Below are positions 1 to 10,756 of a stretch of DNA of 64,000 nucleotides, piece after piece. A program made the position numbers and the translations under genes. Numbering within the stretch: position 1 is the stretch's first letter; each line of letters opens with the position of its first letter. The notes below the pieces were generated by a model. It saw nothing but the letters and a program-made list of their open reading frames with translations, did no database searches and was not told where the DNA came from. This stretch comes from Candidatus Neptunichlamydia sp. (GTDB lineage Bacteria > Chlamydiota > Chlamydiia > Chlamydiales > Simkaniaceae), in assembly GCA_965233865.1 (NCBI GenBank), contig OZ247587.1, positions 768,001-832,000 of the forward strand. The letters are read 5' to 3'.

Positions 1-741
1 CTTCCTAACCGTGCCTATTTAGGTATCAACACCCGCAAGCTTCAAGAGCGCAATAAAAAACAAGTTATAGGCCTTACCTTCATCAACCAAGCTTCCGTTG
101 CATGGCATAAGGAAGATCATGAAACGACTGTTGATCTTTACGAAAAAGCGCTCCTCTTTCTTCCTGAAGATTCTCTTTTAAAAATGTTCCTTGGGTACAA
201 TTACCTCTTTATTGGAAAGGAAAAGGAAGGGCGTGCTCTACTAAACGAGATCAAAGACCTTACCTTTGACCACTCTGTTGCAAAAGAGACTACTCCCGAA
301 GACTACTTAAACGGCAAAGTGAATGCCGAAGGGATCAAAACCCTATTTCTCCATGTGGATGAAACCCGAGGATCCATCCTCAAAAAGCAGCAAAAAGTTA
401 AAGCAATCCTTGAAAAACATCCCAATTTTCGTGATGGGATTCTTCAACTTGCCATCACTCAGCTGCAGCTAGGTCAAAGCGGAGCTGCCTTAGAAAGCCT
501 TTCTCATTTTCACTCTCTCGATCAAAGTTCCCCCATGGTAGAGTACTATTTAAGCATTGTATCGCTTAATCGCTTTCTCTATAAAGAAGCATGGCAGCAC
601 CTCCACAGCGCTGAAGAGATTACAAAAAAGAGAGATCACTCCCCCCACTGCCTGAAAGGGTTGCGCCACGCTCTGCGACCCCTTTACCCAGATCCCTCAC
701 AAACTCAGGTTATTATAGAATGTACAGAAAAAGCAACTTGA
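1..741 (+). CDS. TPR-repeat protein, 5' part outside window
   Basis: Frame of the 184..741 ORF appears open back to the window start; helical TPR-like segments (LQLAITQLQLGQSGAALESL, YYLSIVSLNRFLYKEAWQHL). Confidence 0.6.
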   Translation, partial: LPNRAYLGINTRKLQERNKKQVIGLTFINQASVAWHKEDHETTVDLYEKALLFLPEDSLLKMFLGYNYLFIGKEKEGRALLNEIKDLTFDHSVAKETTPEDYLNGKVNAEGIKTLFLHVDETRGSILKKQQKVKAILEKHPNFRDGILQLAITQLQLGQSGAALESLSHFHSLDQSSPMVEYYLSIVSLNRFLYKEAWQHLHSAEEITKKRDHSPHCLKGLRHALRPLYPDPSQTQVIIECTEKAT

Positions 742-1029
742 AGCCTACTTTTAGGATTTTTCGTAGTTGAATACGATCAGTAAATTTGAGAAAAAACATG
801 CAAATAGTTTAAAATAATAACCTGAGTAACGGTTGGAAAGAAATCGAAAGATCCCTGAAAGTGAGCGAAATACACTCAAAACTTAGGTTAATAGTATCTA
901 CAAAATTGGGGAAACCCCAGAATATGAAGAACTTTATAAAAGAAACTCTAATACATCTCTTCTTAATAGAAGAGGCTCTGGCAACAGAGTTTCCTTGTTC
1001 GAAAACTCAACCGATAAAATTTCATTTTT

Positions 1030-1920
1030 ATGAAGATTAAATATTTATTTATCAAAACGATTTCTTTTCTTAAAAAAATCTTTCTTCTCGCCTTGATAGC
1101 TCTAATAGGGTCTACCATATATGATAGTATCTGTATTTTTCATTATTCCCTATGGTTTTCAAATACATGTTTATCTACACCGTATTCTCCTAGAAAAGAA
1201 AAAGAACTTTTGCCTATTTTAGGTAATGAATTTAAATATCTTGATCAAGGATCGACAAGCGAAGCTTTTGCTTCGCTAAATGGGGACTTCGTTGTCAAGT
1301 TTTTTTTAGAAAAAGAGTATGTATCTAAAAAAAGAAAATACATCCCTATTGTCAATTATATAGCTTCAACTAAGAAGAAACTTAAATTAAAAAAAAAATA
1401 CTGTGAAGGATGCATTAACTCTAGACTTTTGCTAAACGATGAAAGTGGTATCATTTATTATCATTTTTCTCCAACAGATTTTTTAAAAAAATCAATTGTT
1501 TTTTATGAAAAAAATGGGGAAAGAAAAAAAATTGATATGGATAAATGTTTCTACTATATCCAAAAAAAAGCAATAGTTTCTGGTGATTACATTCATGACT
1601 GTATCCAAAATGGAAACGATACTCAGGCTTTTTTAGCAATCACAGACCTTCTTTCTTTTACCAAAAGACTCTATGATCAAGGAGTTGTAATGGTAGACCT
1701 TCAATTAACAAGTAATTTTGGATTTATAGATGGGGAATTAATTAGAATTGATACAGAGCATGTTAATTTCAGGAAATCTTGGAAAACAGCTCACAAAACA
1801 CACCTAAAAGAACAGCTTTCTGCCTTTCGTTTTTGGATTTCTTCTAACTACCCCCTAATATTTCAAGATCATTTTGATAAAGAAATATCTCGGCTTAATA
1901 TCGAATATTTTTACGAATGA
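1030..1920 (+). CDS. Membrane-anchored protein with a kinase-like fold
   Basis: N-terminal TM helix; LDQGSTSEAF Gly-loop, VVKFF, DLQLTSNFGF and IRIDTE motifs; AT-rich. Confidence 0.5.
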   Translation: MKIKYLFIKTISFLKKIFLLALIALIGSTIYDSICIFHYSLWFSNTCLSTPYSPRKEKELLPILGNEFKYLDQGSTSEAFASLNGDFVVKFFLEKEYVSKKRKYIPIVNYIASTKKKLKLKKKYCEGCINSRLLLNDESGIIYYHFSPTDFLKKSIVFYEKNGERKKIDMDKCFYYIQKKAIVSGDYIHDCIQNGNDTQAFLAITDLLSFTKRLYDQGVVMVDLQLTSNFGFIDGELIRIDTEHVNFRKSWKTAHKTHLKEQLSAFRFWISSNYPLIFQDHFDKEISRLNIEYFYE

Positions 1921-1948
1921 TATATATAAAATAGAATTTTCTTATATA

Positions 1949-2374
1949 CAACTCATTGCTAGTTTCCCTAAAAAATCGTATGGAAAATTTATGCAGCTAT
2001 ATCGAAAGTTCACATTAGAGCCGAAAAAATACTCTACCTCCTCTGCATGGCACGAAAACAGTCATTTTTGGACATGCGAGTGCATCTTCAAAACAAACTA
2101 GTCTCGATGAAAGTAGGTTTGTCTTGGGCCTAACCGCTGCAAAAGTGGCGTAAGTTAATGAGAGCAAATGCTATATACTTCATCTCATAGTGATGCGAGC
2201 TGATTCTCTCGAACCGTATAAGAAGCCGTTTGAACTTGTCCTCCCATGCAAAGACTCGCTATATGGTACGGAAGCGTTCTTTAAAAACTTCGAAGTCAAA
2301 CATGGGCTTGCGACTACTCTTGCTCTTTTTTCTATTTCGTTTGTTTGGATTGATGTTAGGTTTCATTCTCGCAT
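1949..2374 (-). mobile_element. IS5-family element (type A), 3' half
   Basis: TIR CAACTCATTGCTAGTTT at 1949; near-identical to 41039-41464 and 62933-63238; minus-strand transposase tail RVFAWEDKFKRLLIRFER. Confidence 0.8.
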
Positions 2375-2931
2375 TGAAGGCTCCCCGCAGCAGAGCTACG
2401 GGGCATCTGTCAGGTGGTTTTGCTTAGCTCCAAAAATCCAGTTGCTGATGTAACCTTTTATAGTCTTTTTTTCCTTGGTTTTTGACGTAGTTTCCTATTT
2501 TCTCCTCGTCCCCATGCTTCCTCACGGTACTTATAAAATATCCATCACTCCAAAACTCCCCTCCCCAAAGTATCTTCTTTACTTCAGGCCTTCTCAAAAA
2601 AATCTCTTTTGCCGTGATGCTTTTTATTAGCTGAACAGTTTTTTTGGGGCTATACATCGGAACTGATTGTATCAGAAAGTGAACATGGTCCTTATCAACA
2701 CCGATCTCTAAAAAATTTATCTCATATCTCTTTGAAATTTCAAGGCATATGACCTTAATTTCTTCATCAACACTCTTGTCAAATACCGCTTTCCTGTATT
2801 TGGCCGGACAAACTATGTGGTACATCAAAATTGAGACATTATGACTTTTATGAACATATTCACTCATGCCAAAAAACTATACTTGTTCAGCTTTTACGCA
2901 GCAAGCTGCGGGGAATCAAACCCAAAGAGAT
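2375..2931 (-). mobile_element. IS200-type element (tnpA only), 557 bp
   Basis: Subterminal hairpins at both ends; near-identical to 54149-54705. Confidence 0.9.
2424..2867 (-). CDS. tnpA: IS200/IS605-family Y1 transposase TnpA
   Basis: YHIVCPAKYR, HUH motif DHVHFL, FWSDGYFISTV, catalytic Tyr in NYVKNQ. Confidence 0.95.
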   Translation of the reverse strand: MSEYVHKSHNVSILMYHIVCPAKYRKAVFDKSVDEEIKVICLEISKRYEINFLEIGVDKDHVHFLIQSVPMYSPKKTVQLIKSITAKEIFLRRPEVKKILWGGEFWSDGYFISTVRKHGDEEKIGNYVKNQGKKDYKRLHQQLDFWS

Positions 2932-3081
2932 TGAGACATCTTGTAGAAAATGCTTTTTTACATTTGAAGCGATGGAGAGGAATTGCTACACGCTATGCTA
3001 AGCACACATCCTCTTTCTTGGCTGCGGTTCAGATCAGATGTTTGGCTTTATGGGTAGAAATCTCGTGACTACATTATCTAG
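2932..3081 (+). mobile_element. IS5-family remnant (transposase C-terminus and right end)
   Basis: RHLVENAFLHLKRWRGIATRYAK motif, then an end-like sequence GTGACTACATTATCTAG. Confidence 0.75.
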
Positions 3082-3147
3082 TAACCTGATTTTTGATTTG
3101 TCAATTTCCCCTCTATGTTATAGAAGGGGGGAAATAAGGATTACGCT

Positions 3148-3492
3148 ATGTATCTCATCGGAATTGTTTTTTCTCTACTGGCAACTGCCCCCGGCCTTAA
3201 AATCGAAGAGGTCATTGCGCATCAGAATATGCAGCAAGGGCAAGATTTAACCATTGAGGAAAACCTGCACGGAGGGAAGATCCTTGTTTTAAGTGATGGC
3301 TCGACTTGGGAAATTGCCCCTCAAAGCCTTAAAACATCGCAGTCTTGGATTATTCCTTCTGCCTTAAAAATCGAAAAGATCAATCATCCTACATATCCCT
3401 ACAAAATCATCAGTATTCAAACAGGTTCTTATGTACTAGCCCGCTTAATCGTTCCCTATAAAACAGGCGGTCTAAACATCGAAAATTCTTAA
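3148..3492 (+). CDS. Hypothetical exported protein
   Basis: 114-aa ORF with a signal-peptide-like N-terminus. Confidence 0.6.
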   Translation: MYLIGIVFSLLATAPGLKIEEVIAHQNMQQGQDLTIEENLHGGKILVLSDGSTWEIAPQSLKTSQSWIIPSALKIEKINHPTYPYKIISIQTGSYVLARLIVPYKTGGLNIENS

Positions 3493-3647
3493 AATGCTAT
3501 ACAAATACTTGTGTTAACCATTCCATAATCCTCGTATTCATCGCTATGGTAGTATAACTATTTTATGGTGGTCCCAGAAATCAAGAGCAAAATTCGCAAA
3601 AGTTAAGCTAGTTTTTCCCTGATGTTAAATTCAATTCTTATAAGAGG

Positions 3648-3731
3648 CACCATAGGTGTGCAATGGGATATAAGAGTCTTGAGACAGCAAGAAACGCCAT
3701 TGAAGCCATGCACATGATTTTCAAAGGACAA
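3648..3731 (+). pseudogene. IS6-family transposase C-terminal remnant
   Basis: Translates as HHRCAMGYKSLETARNAIEAMHMIFKGQ, like the IS6 GFKS...IEAMHMIRKGQ tail. Confidence 0.65.
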
Positions 3732-3890
3732 CCCTTGAGAGTCCAGTTTACCTTTTGAGTTATCTTACCCTATAATTTTTTTGTCGTGCTACTTAAGTAA
3801 AAAAGTCTTGTTTAGATTATGATGGAACCGAGGTTTGGAATATTTTCCGAATTTCGAAGCCGAAATTTTGTTTAAACAGATTAGCTTCTT

Positions 3891-6488
3891 ATGGATATGA
3901 AATTTACAGAATCCGTCGCAAAGGCCCTTTCTTCAGCAGTCAAAGATGCTGAAAAGCGGCGCAATACTGAAGTGACTGAACATCACGCTTTACTCGCACT
4001 TTTTCAAAATCAAACAGGATATTTTAATACGCTATGTCAAGCGCTCCAGCTTGACCCCAAGCCTCTTTTGTTCGATTTAGAGAAAAAATTGAGACAACTC
4101 CCTTCTTACTCTGGAGAGAGCCAGCAGCCCACGCTAAGCGCTTCCTTGAACCGTCAGATTTATGCAGCACATACCCTGGTGAAAGAGTGGAAGGATACCT
4201 ACCTTAGTAGCGATCACCTATTCTACATATTTTGGGAAGAATCAGAGAATCCCTTTAAGAACTGGGCAAAAAAATCAGGATTATCCCTAAAGCAAATTAA
4301 AGAAAAAATCCACAAAGTCAGGGGAGGAAAGACCATGGATTCATCTACAAGCGAAGAAAACTTGCAGACACTTGAAAAATACTGCAAAAACCTAACAAAC
4401 CTTGCCAAAGAAGGGAAACTTGATCCTGTCATTGGACGAGATGAGGAGATCCGTCGCACAATCCAAGTTCTTTCACGTCGAACAAAGAATAATCCTCTGC
4501 TTATTGGAGAGCCCGGGGTAGGGAAAACTGCGATTGCTGAAGGTCTTGCCTATCGCATTATTCAGGAAGATGTTCCTGATTCCTTAAAGGGAAAGGAACT
4601 CTTCGCCTTAGATATGGGAAGCCTCATTGCGGGAACAAAATTTCGTGGCGAATTTGAAGAAAGACTCAAAGGAATCCTCAAGGAAATCGAAGAGAGCGAC
4701 GGCCAAAACCTCCTCTTTATTGATGAAGTGCATACGCTTGTCGGAGCGGGAGCCTCTGAGGGAGCTATGGATGCTGCAAATCTACTTAAGCCAGCCTTAG
4801 CGCGAGGAACCCTCCATTGTATTGGAGCAACAACGCTTGCAGAATTTCAGAAATATATCGAAAAAGATGCTGCTCTCGAGCGCCGTTTCCAACCTGTTCT
4901 TATTGAGGAGCCAACGCTTGAAGATGCAATGACAATCATGCGAGGGCTTAAGGAAAAATATGAGAATTTCCATGGTGTGCGCATCACCGAAGACGCTCTC
5001 CATAGCGCTGTCATCCTTTCTCACCGCTATATTAGTGATCGGCAACTTCCCGATAAAGCGATCGATCTCATTGATGAGGCCGCCTCAATGATTCGGATGC
5101 AAATGGGATCGCGCCCTCTCCCTATCGATTCAAAGCAAAGGGAACTTAGCAAGTTGATTGTAAAACAAGAAGCCCTCAAAAGGGAAAAAAGTGCAAAAAC
5201 AGACCTTGAAAAACTTCAAAAAGAAATCTCCGAGTTAAAAGAAGAGCTTAATATTCTCAATGAGCGGTGGAATCAAGAGAAAAATAGTCTTGAAAAACTC
5301 AATGAGAAAAAGGGGAAACTGGAACAACTGCGTTTTCAAGAAGAAGAAGCCGAACGAGGTGCTGATTTTAATAAAGTAGCTGAAATCCGTTACAGCACAC
5401 TTCCAGCCCTAGAAAAAGAAATTCAAAAAGCTGAAGCCCTTCTAAAAGATCAAGATCATCGCCTTCTTCAGGAAGAAGTTGATGAAATGCTCATCGCTGA
5501 AATTGTTGCTAAATGGACAGGGATCCCTGTGAATAAAATGCTTGAAGGAGAGGCCGAGCGTCTCCTCACTCTCGAGACCACTCTTGAAGAACGTGTTGTC
5601 GGTCAGGAGCTGGCAATTACTGCTGTGAGTGAAGCGATCCGCCGCGCGCGCGCTGGGCTCAGTGATCCTAATCGTCCTATGGGAGCTTTTCTCTTTGTAG
5701 GACCAACGGGAGTAGGAAAAACCGAGCTAGCAAAAGCTTTGGCAAGCGAACTCTTTAATCAAGAAGAGGCAATGATTCGTCTCGATATGTCTGAATATAT
5801 GGAAAAGCACAGCGTTGCAAAGCTTATTGGGTCCCCTCCAGGGTATGTGGGGCATGACGAAGGGGGTCAACTCACCGAAGCAATCAAAAGGCGCCCCTAT
5901 TCCGTTATCCTCCTTGATGAGGTGGAAAAAGCTCACAGCGATGTCTTTAACATCCTCCTTCAGATCTTTGATGATGGACGGATCACTGACAGTAAAGGGC
6001 GCGTTGTGAACTGCAGAAATACCCTCTTTATTATGACTTCAAATCTAGGAAGTTCTGAGCTCCTTTCTCATAAAGGAGAGCTTTCAAAAGAAACAGTCCT
6101 TGCGATTGTTGATCCGATTATCAAAACCCATTTCCGCCCTGAATTTGTTAACCGTTTGGATGAAATCCTCCCCTTTCTCCCGCTTCAGGAAAAGGATATG
6201 AAAAAAATTGTTCTCATTCAACTGCGGCAGGTAGAAAAGCGGTTAACTGAAAAGGATATTGTCCTGATTTGGACTGCCGATGTTCTCTCTCATCTTGCCA
6301 AAAAAGGGTATGACCCAATATTTGGAGCCCGCCCTTTAAAGCGGCTTATCCAGCATACCGTTGTCAATATGTTCTCAAACGCTATTCTAAAAGGAGAAAT
6401 AGAAAATGGAAATGCCATTAAACTCCGTTTCGTGGAAAACACCCTCATGTATGAAAAGATAGAGCATGTGCCAGAGCCTATCTCTTAG
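3891..6488 (+). CDS. clpB: ATP-dependent chaperone ClpB
   Basis: Two AAA+ modules ([16 protein letters not shown]), [13 protein letters not shown], coiled-coil middle domain, 865 aa. Confidence 0.97.
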   Translation: MDMKFTESVAKALSSAVKDAEKRRNTEVTEHHALLALFQNQTGYFNTLCQALQLDPKPLLFDLEKKLRQLPSYSGESQQPTLSASLNRQIYAAHTLVKEWKDTYLSSDHLFYIFWEESENPFKNWAKKSGLSLKQIKEKIHKVRGGKTMDSSTSEENLQTLEKYCKNLTNLAKEGKLDPVIGRDEEIRRTIQVLSRRTKNNPLLIGEPGVGKTAIAEGLAYRIIQEDVPDSLKGKELFALDMGSLIAGTKFRGEFEERLKGILKEIEESDGQNLLFIDEVHTLVGAGASEGAMDAANLLKPALARGTLHCIGATTLAEFQKYIEKDAALERRFQPVLIEEPTLEDAMTIMRGLKEKYENFHGVRITEDALHSAVILSHRYISDRQLPDKAIDLIDEAASMIRMQMGSRPLPIDSKQRELSKLIVKQEALKREKSAKTDLEKLQKEISELKEELNILNERWNQEKNSLEKLNEKKGKLEQLRFQEEEAERGADFNKVAEIRYSTLPALEKEIQKAEALLKDQDHRLLQEEVDEMLIAEIVAKWTGIPVNKMLEGEAERLLTLETTLEERVVGQELAITAVSEAIRRARAGLSDPNRPMGAFLFVGPTGVGKTELAKALASELFNQEEAMIRLDMSEYMEKHSVAKLIGSPPGYVGHDEGGQLTEAIKRRPYSVILLDEVEKAHSDVFNILLQIFDDGRITDSKGRVVNCRNTLFIMTSNLGSSELLSHKGELSKETVLAIVDPIIKTHFRPEFVNRLDEILPFLPLQEKDMKKIVLIQLRQVEKRLTEKDIVLIWTADVLSHLAKKGYDPIFGARPLKRLIQHTVVNMFSNAILKGEIENGNAIKLRFVENTLMYEKIEHVPEPIS

Positions 6489-6531
6489 ATAGAGATAATT
6501 TCATTTATAGTGGTTTAAGTTTAAGGGGAAA

Positions 6532-7008
6532 TCACGGTCCTTGAGGATTAAAGAACTCATTGAATTGATCCTGGAGAACAGAGGGAACGACTTCTTGAAT
6601 CCCTTTTTTGTCGTACATCAAAAAATAGCTGCACGCAATCATAGTACCGAGTGCCGGGCTAAAGAGGGAAACGATTAGGGCAATTGCACAGATTGCAGAC
6701 CGTTTAAGATTGAGATACCTCCGAGCAAGGAAAGATTTCAATTTGTAGACTTTAAAAGCAGTAAGGATATTGAGAGGAAGGGCAATAGTAAAAAGAGCAA
6801 TGGTAAGAGTCCCCCAGGCAATATCAGTAATCAGCAGCATAAAGAAAAAGAGACGGGCGGCAATGGTCGCAAAGAGATGCCCCTTTTCATCGGGAGCCTT
6901 GTTTTGATCTTTAAGCGTCATATCATAGATGTGCGTCGACAAATCAAGCTTTGGATCCCCCACTTCTTTTTGTCTTTCTACATGTTCAAAAATGTCGTAG
7001 ATCGGCAT
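6532..7008 (-). CDS. Hypothetical membrane protein
   Basis: 158-aa ORF with several hydrophobic segments, directly downstream of sthA. Confidence 0.65.
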   Translation of the reverse strand: MPIYDIFEHVERQKEVGDPKLDLSTHIYDMTLKDQNKAPDEKGHLFATIAARLFFFMLLITDIAWGTLTIALFTIALPLNILTAFKVYKLKSFLARRYLNLKRSAICAIALIVSLFSPALGTMIACSYFLMYDKKGIQEVVPSVLQDQFNEFFNPQGP

Positions 7009-7013
7009 TAAAA

Positions 7014-8474
7014 TTACCTCTTATGCTCCACCTTGTTAAACCCATTGAGCGCTGCTATCCGGTACCCTTCTGCGTAAGTGGGATAGTTGAACACTTGGTC
7101 GATAAAATAATCGATCCGGGCGTTATGCATCATTGCTACCTGGCCAATATGAATGACCTCTGTTGCGTCGCGACCAATAATGTGAATACCCAAAATTTCT
7201 AGAGTATCCGCATGAAAGAGGATTTTAAACATTCCTGGGTCATTTCCAGCAATAGTATTTTTCGCAATTTCATAATAATAGGCTCTTCCCACTTCATAAC
7301 GAAACCCTAAATTCTTGAGTTGCTCTTCAGTATAACCACAAGAAGAAATTTCGGGAATCGTATAAATTCCAATCGGATAAAAAGCGGGAAAATGATGTGT
7401 TTCAGCGCCAAACGCATGACGCGCTGCAAGGCGACCTTGTTCCATGCTCGTGGAAGCAAGAGAAGGTCCACCTATTACATCACCTACCGCATAAATGTTT
7501 GGAACAATTGTTTGAAAAAGTGCGTTCACCGTTATGTAACCTTTGCTATCAACGGTGATCCCCACATTTTCAATATAAAGATGATCAACATTGGCAACTC
7601 TTCCCAAAGCATAGAGAAGCATTTCAGATTTCAATGATGATCCATCATTGAATTTTACCTCTACTTCATCTTTGTGACGGATGATCTCATCAAAATCTCG
7701 GTTCCCCATAAACTGGAGCCCGATCTTGCTTAAAGATGATTGGAGATGTTGCCCTATTTCCTTATCAAGATAGGGAAGCATTTGTTCTTTCTTATCAACT
7801 ATAACCACTTCGGTTCCAAGAGCAGCAAAAAAACTCGCATATTCAGAACCAATGATTCCCCCACCAAGGACAATCATCCGTTTGGGAACATGATCGATAG
7901 AGAGGAGGCGGGTGGAATCAAGAACCATCTCTTTATCAAAAGGAACATTTTTGGGGTTACGAGGCTTTGACCCAGTTGCGAGAAGAGTTTTTTCCCCAGT
8001 AATGACATGGGTTAAGTGGTTACTATCATCCAGAACAGCAATTTGATGGTGGTTTTCAAAATGGGCTGTCCCATGAACAAGTTTGATATTGTTTTTTTTG
8101 AACTGGCAATGAAGCTGACGAGTTTGCTCTTCAGTAACTTGCTTGAGGCAGTAGTTAAGGTCATTGATCGAAATATTATGCTCTTGCACATCGTGTTTGG
8201 AGTAATAGCTCTTCTTATGGAAATCCGTTAGATTTAGAATCGCTTCGCGAAGAGATTTTGAAGGAATTGTTCCAGAGTGAAGACATCCTCCACCAGGGTT
8301 AGGGTACTTTTCAATCATGACAACCGACTTTCCTAATTTCGCTGCTTGAATTGCCGCGTTCTGCCCAGCGGGACCCGACCCAATTACGACAAAATCTGCA
8401 TAAATCTCTTCCAATTGCACCACCAAAGTAAAAACTTCTTTTACTTGAAAGAAAGATTTCTTTTCAAACACCAA
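7014..8474 (-). CDS. sthA: Soluble pyridine nucleotide transhydrogenase (true start probably near 8420)
   Basis: VIGSGPAG FAD motif, GGGCLHSGTIPSKSLREA, GGGIIGSEYAS, C-terminal FNYPTYAEGYRIAALNG. Confidence 0.92.
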   Translation of the reverse strand: MVFEKKSFFQVKEVFTLVVQLEEIYADFVVIGSGPAGQNAAIQAAKLGKSVVMIEKYPNPGGGCLHSGTIPSKSLREAILNLTDFHKKSYYSKHDVQEHNISINDLNYCLKQVTEEQTRQLHCQFKKNNIKLVHGTAHFENHHQIAVLDDSNHLTHVITGEKTLLATGSKPRNPKNVPFDKEMVLDSTRLLSIDHVPKRMIVLGGGIIGSEYASFFAALGTEVVIVDKKEQMLPYLDKEIGQHLQSSLSKIGLQFMGNRDFDEIIRHKDEVEVKFNDGSSLKSEMLLYALGRVANVDHLYIENVGITVDSKGYITVNALFQTIVPNIYAVGDVIGGPSLASTSMEQGRLAARHAFGAETHHFPAFYPIGIYTIPEISSCGYTEEQLKNLGFRYEVGRAYYYEIAKNTIAGNDPGMFKILFHADTLEILGIHIIGRDATEVIHIGQVAMMHNARIDYFIDQVFNYPTYAEGYRIAALNGFNKVEHKR

Positions 8475-8504
8475 CAGAATCTGTCAACCCAAAGTAGAAA
8501 TGTC

Positions 8505-9123
8505 AGCTTTTTAATGATGTTAAGGCCGACTGCACAGTCGGCCCTATGCCCATGGGTGATTTCTAGCTCGATAATCTCTTGTGTTTTAGCATCGATGGCA
8601 ATATGTAGCTTGATCCATTTTCTTCGCTTCGATGCTCCATGCACCTTAACCTTCCGCTCACCTTCTCCATAAACCTTGATGCCAGAAGCATCGATAAGCA
8701 CAACCTTTGGTCTTCTAGAGGAGAGCTTAGGTAAAAGAGCTTCCATTGAAGAAGCTCTTTTACAAATAAGGGAATAAGTTGGGAGTGCCACACGGTCTTG
8801 AATCAGTAGAAGAATAGACTTCGAAAATCCTTCAAGAGCTCTATACGTAAGACGGTATTGAATTTTCAATACGAGAAGAAGTTGAATAAGTGGGTGGGCA
8901 AACAAGCGAGGGCGCCCTCGCTTGTTTGCCTCAGGCTTTGAATTTATCGCATTTTGATCGATAAAAAAGTTATACTTCCTCCTTTTACCAAATCTTGATT
9001 ATACTTTGACCAATTGCGCTTGCGCATCTGAAGCTCCTTCTTTTTAGTGGTTTAAAATAAAGGAGTTTCTCTTTTTTAAGAAGTTTTTAGCAAGTTTTTT
9101 CTACGGATTTATTCAACAACGCC
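8505..9123 (-). mobile_element. IS5-family IS903-group element, frameshifted and 3'-truncated
   Basis: End GGCGTTGTTGAATAAATC at 9123 resembles the IS903 IR; MRKRNWSKYN start at 9027; IDASGIKVYGEGE...RRKWIKLHIAID motif. Confidence 0.85.
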
Positions 9124-9237
9124 TCATAACTGTCCTATTTTTCGGGGGAAGATCAATTCCGTAAAAGTATATTTTTTGAGACGTACTAAATGTTGGGGCG
9201 GTTTTTATGTTTCTGTATAAAAAAACATTGAATTGTC

Positions 9238-10563
9238 GTGACAGCTGCTCACAATATTGAATTGGGTGGAGATCAAGTTAACGCTAAAGCATTAGATATG
9301 GTAGCTCTTCCAGCTGAAGTCGATATTTCAGAAGATGAATTGCTCCCTATATTACCTGAAGGTGTTGATTTTAAGGAGGGAACTGACGTTTATTTTGCGG
9401 GATTTCCATTAAAGCATGACAAAATCACTTTTCACAAGGGAATGATCTCTTCCGTGAGTAAAGACCGAAATTTTAGAGAGTTCACTATTGATGGAACCGT
9501 TGTTCCTGGGAATTCTGGAGGTCCTGTTGTTGCTCTTCATAATGGCCAACCTCATATTATTGGAATGATCACCTCTGAAATGGCTGATTTTAGTCCTGAG
9601 GATTTGATAACAATCCAATGTATGGAAGAGCTTAACCAGCATTTTATAGACCATCCTCCACAACAGATTTCTAAGATTGGTGATCTAGTTACAACTCATG
9701 CAGGAGCACTAAGAAAGTTCCCCGTTAAAAATGGTAATGGACAGACTAGTTATGTTAGTTTAACAGATGTTCAAATAATGACTAGGTCTCTTAGTCTTAT
9801 GAAACGCAACTTATCCACGGGAGTCGGAAGAGATGTTGATATTCGGGAATACCAACATCTTAATTCCCCCCAGTCTATTCAAGAACCTGGCAATCTTTCG
9901 GGTTATTATCATCTTACCGGCATAGAATCAGAGAAAATATTAAGATTATCTCTAGAAGAAATTATAAATCCCACTATAAAATACCATAAAAATGGAAATA
10001 TCGATTTTAAAAAAGAAAATCTAATTTACATTAAAAATAGATACCCAAAAAAATTTGATGAATCTGCAAAAGCTTCCCTAGGGAAAAGTGGTCTACATAA
10101 AAATACGTCCAAATACTCCATTAATGGTCACATTGAGAGCGATCATACAATCCCATATGATGTTTGGAAAAAAACAACAAACGAAAAAATGAAAGCTATA
10201 ATGGAAGATCATAAAAAAAAGCTTACAGTAAAAGGTAGTAGCACAAAGCCAAGGCCTGGAGAAGGGGAGCTTCCTGCTATCACGATCCCTTACAAAAACC
10301 ACAGAAATCTTCTGACTACAGGTTCTGGAAAAGAAAAAGATACTTTTCGTCAAAACCTTACTGATCGTTGTAACGATGGCAAGGTTGATGAAGCTTTAAT
10401 TTTTTGCTTTAAAGATTATGCTGACAAAGAAATAAACTTAAAGGACTATAAAGTTGCAATTACTGAATCTCTAAATCTTTACCAAGAAAATCTAGGTTTA
10501 ATTGCAGAAGACAAAATTGAAAATATAAAGAAAGCTATTTTCCAAACAAAATCAGCGGCATAG
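9238..10563 (+). CDS. Trypsin-like serine protease fused to a putative toxin/nuclease domain; 5' end possibly damaged
   Basis: TAAH, DMVAL and GNSGGP triad motifs; C-terminal ESDHTIP...LPAITIPYKNH...TTGS. Confidence 0.65.
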   Translation: MTAAHNIELGGDQVNAKALDMVALPAEVDISEDELLPILPEGVDFKEGTDVYFAGFPLKHDKITFHKGMISSVSKDRNFREFTIDGTVVPGNSGGPVVALHNGQPHIIGMITSEMADFSPEDLITIQCMEELNQHFIDHPPQQISKIGDLVTTHAGALRKFPVKNGNGQTSYVSLTDVQIMTRSLSLMKRNLSTGVGRDVDIREYQHLNSPQSIQEPGNLSGYYHLTGIESEKILRLSLEEIINPTIKYHKNGNIDFKKENLIYIKNRYPKKFDESAKASLGKSGLHKNTSKYSINGHIESDHTIPYDVWKKTTNEKMKAIMEDHKKKLTVKGSSTKPRPGEGELPAITIPYKNHRNLLTTGSGKEKDTFRQNLTDRCNDGKVDEALIFCFKDYADKEINLKDYKVAITESLNLYQENLGLIAEDKIENIKKAIFQTKSAA

Positions 10564-10756
10564 CTTCTGATGGAATACAAAAGAAATGGACAATGCCTGT
10601 AAGAGGCTGGAAAGAAGCCATCTCATATTTTGGGATAGCTTATGAAGATAGGATCTCAAAAGGAGTTGAGGCCTAATGACCATTTACACAGTTTAGATTA
10701 CACTCCCCCGAAAACGGCAAGATTTGAATTTGAAGGTGTCAGATAAAAAGTATCCA

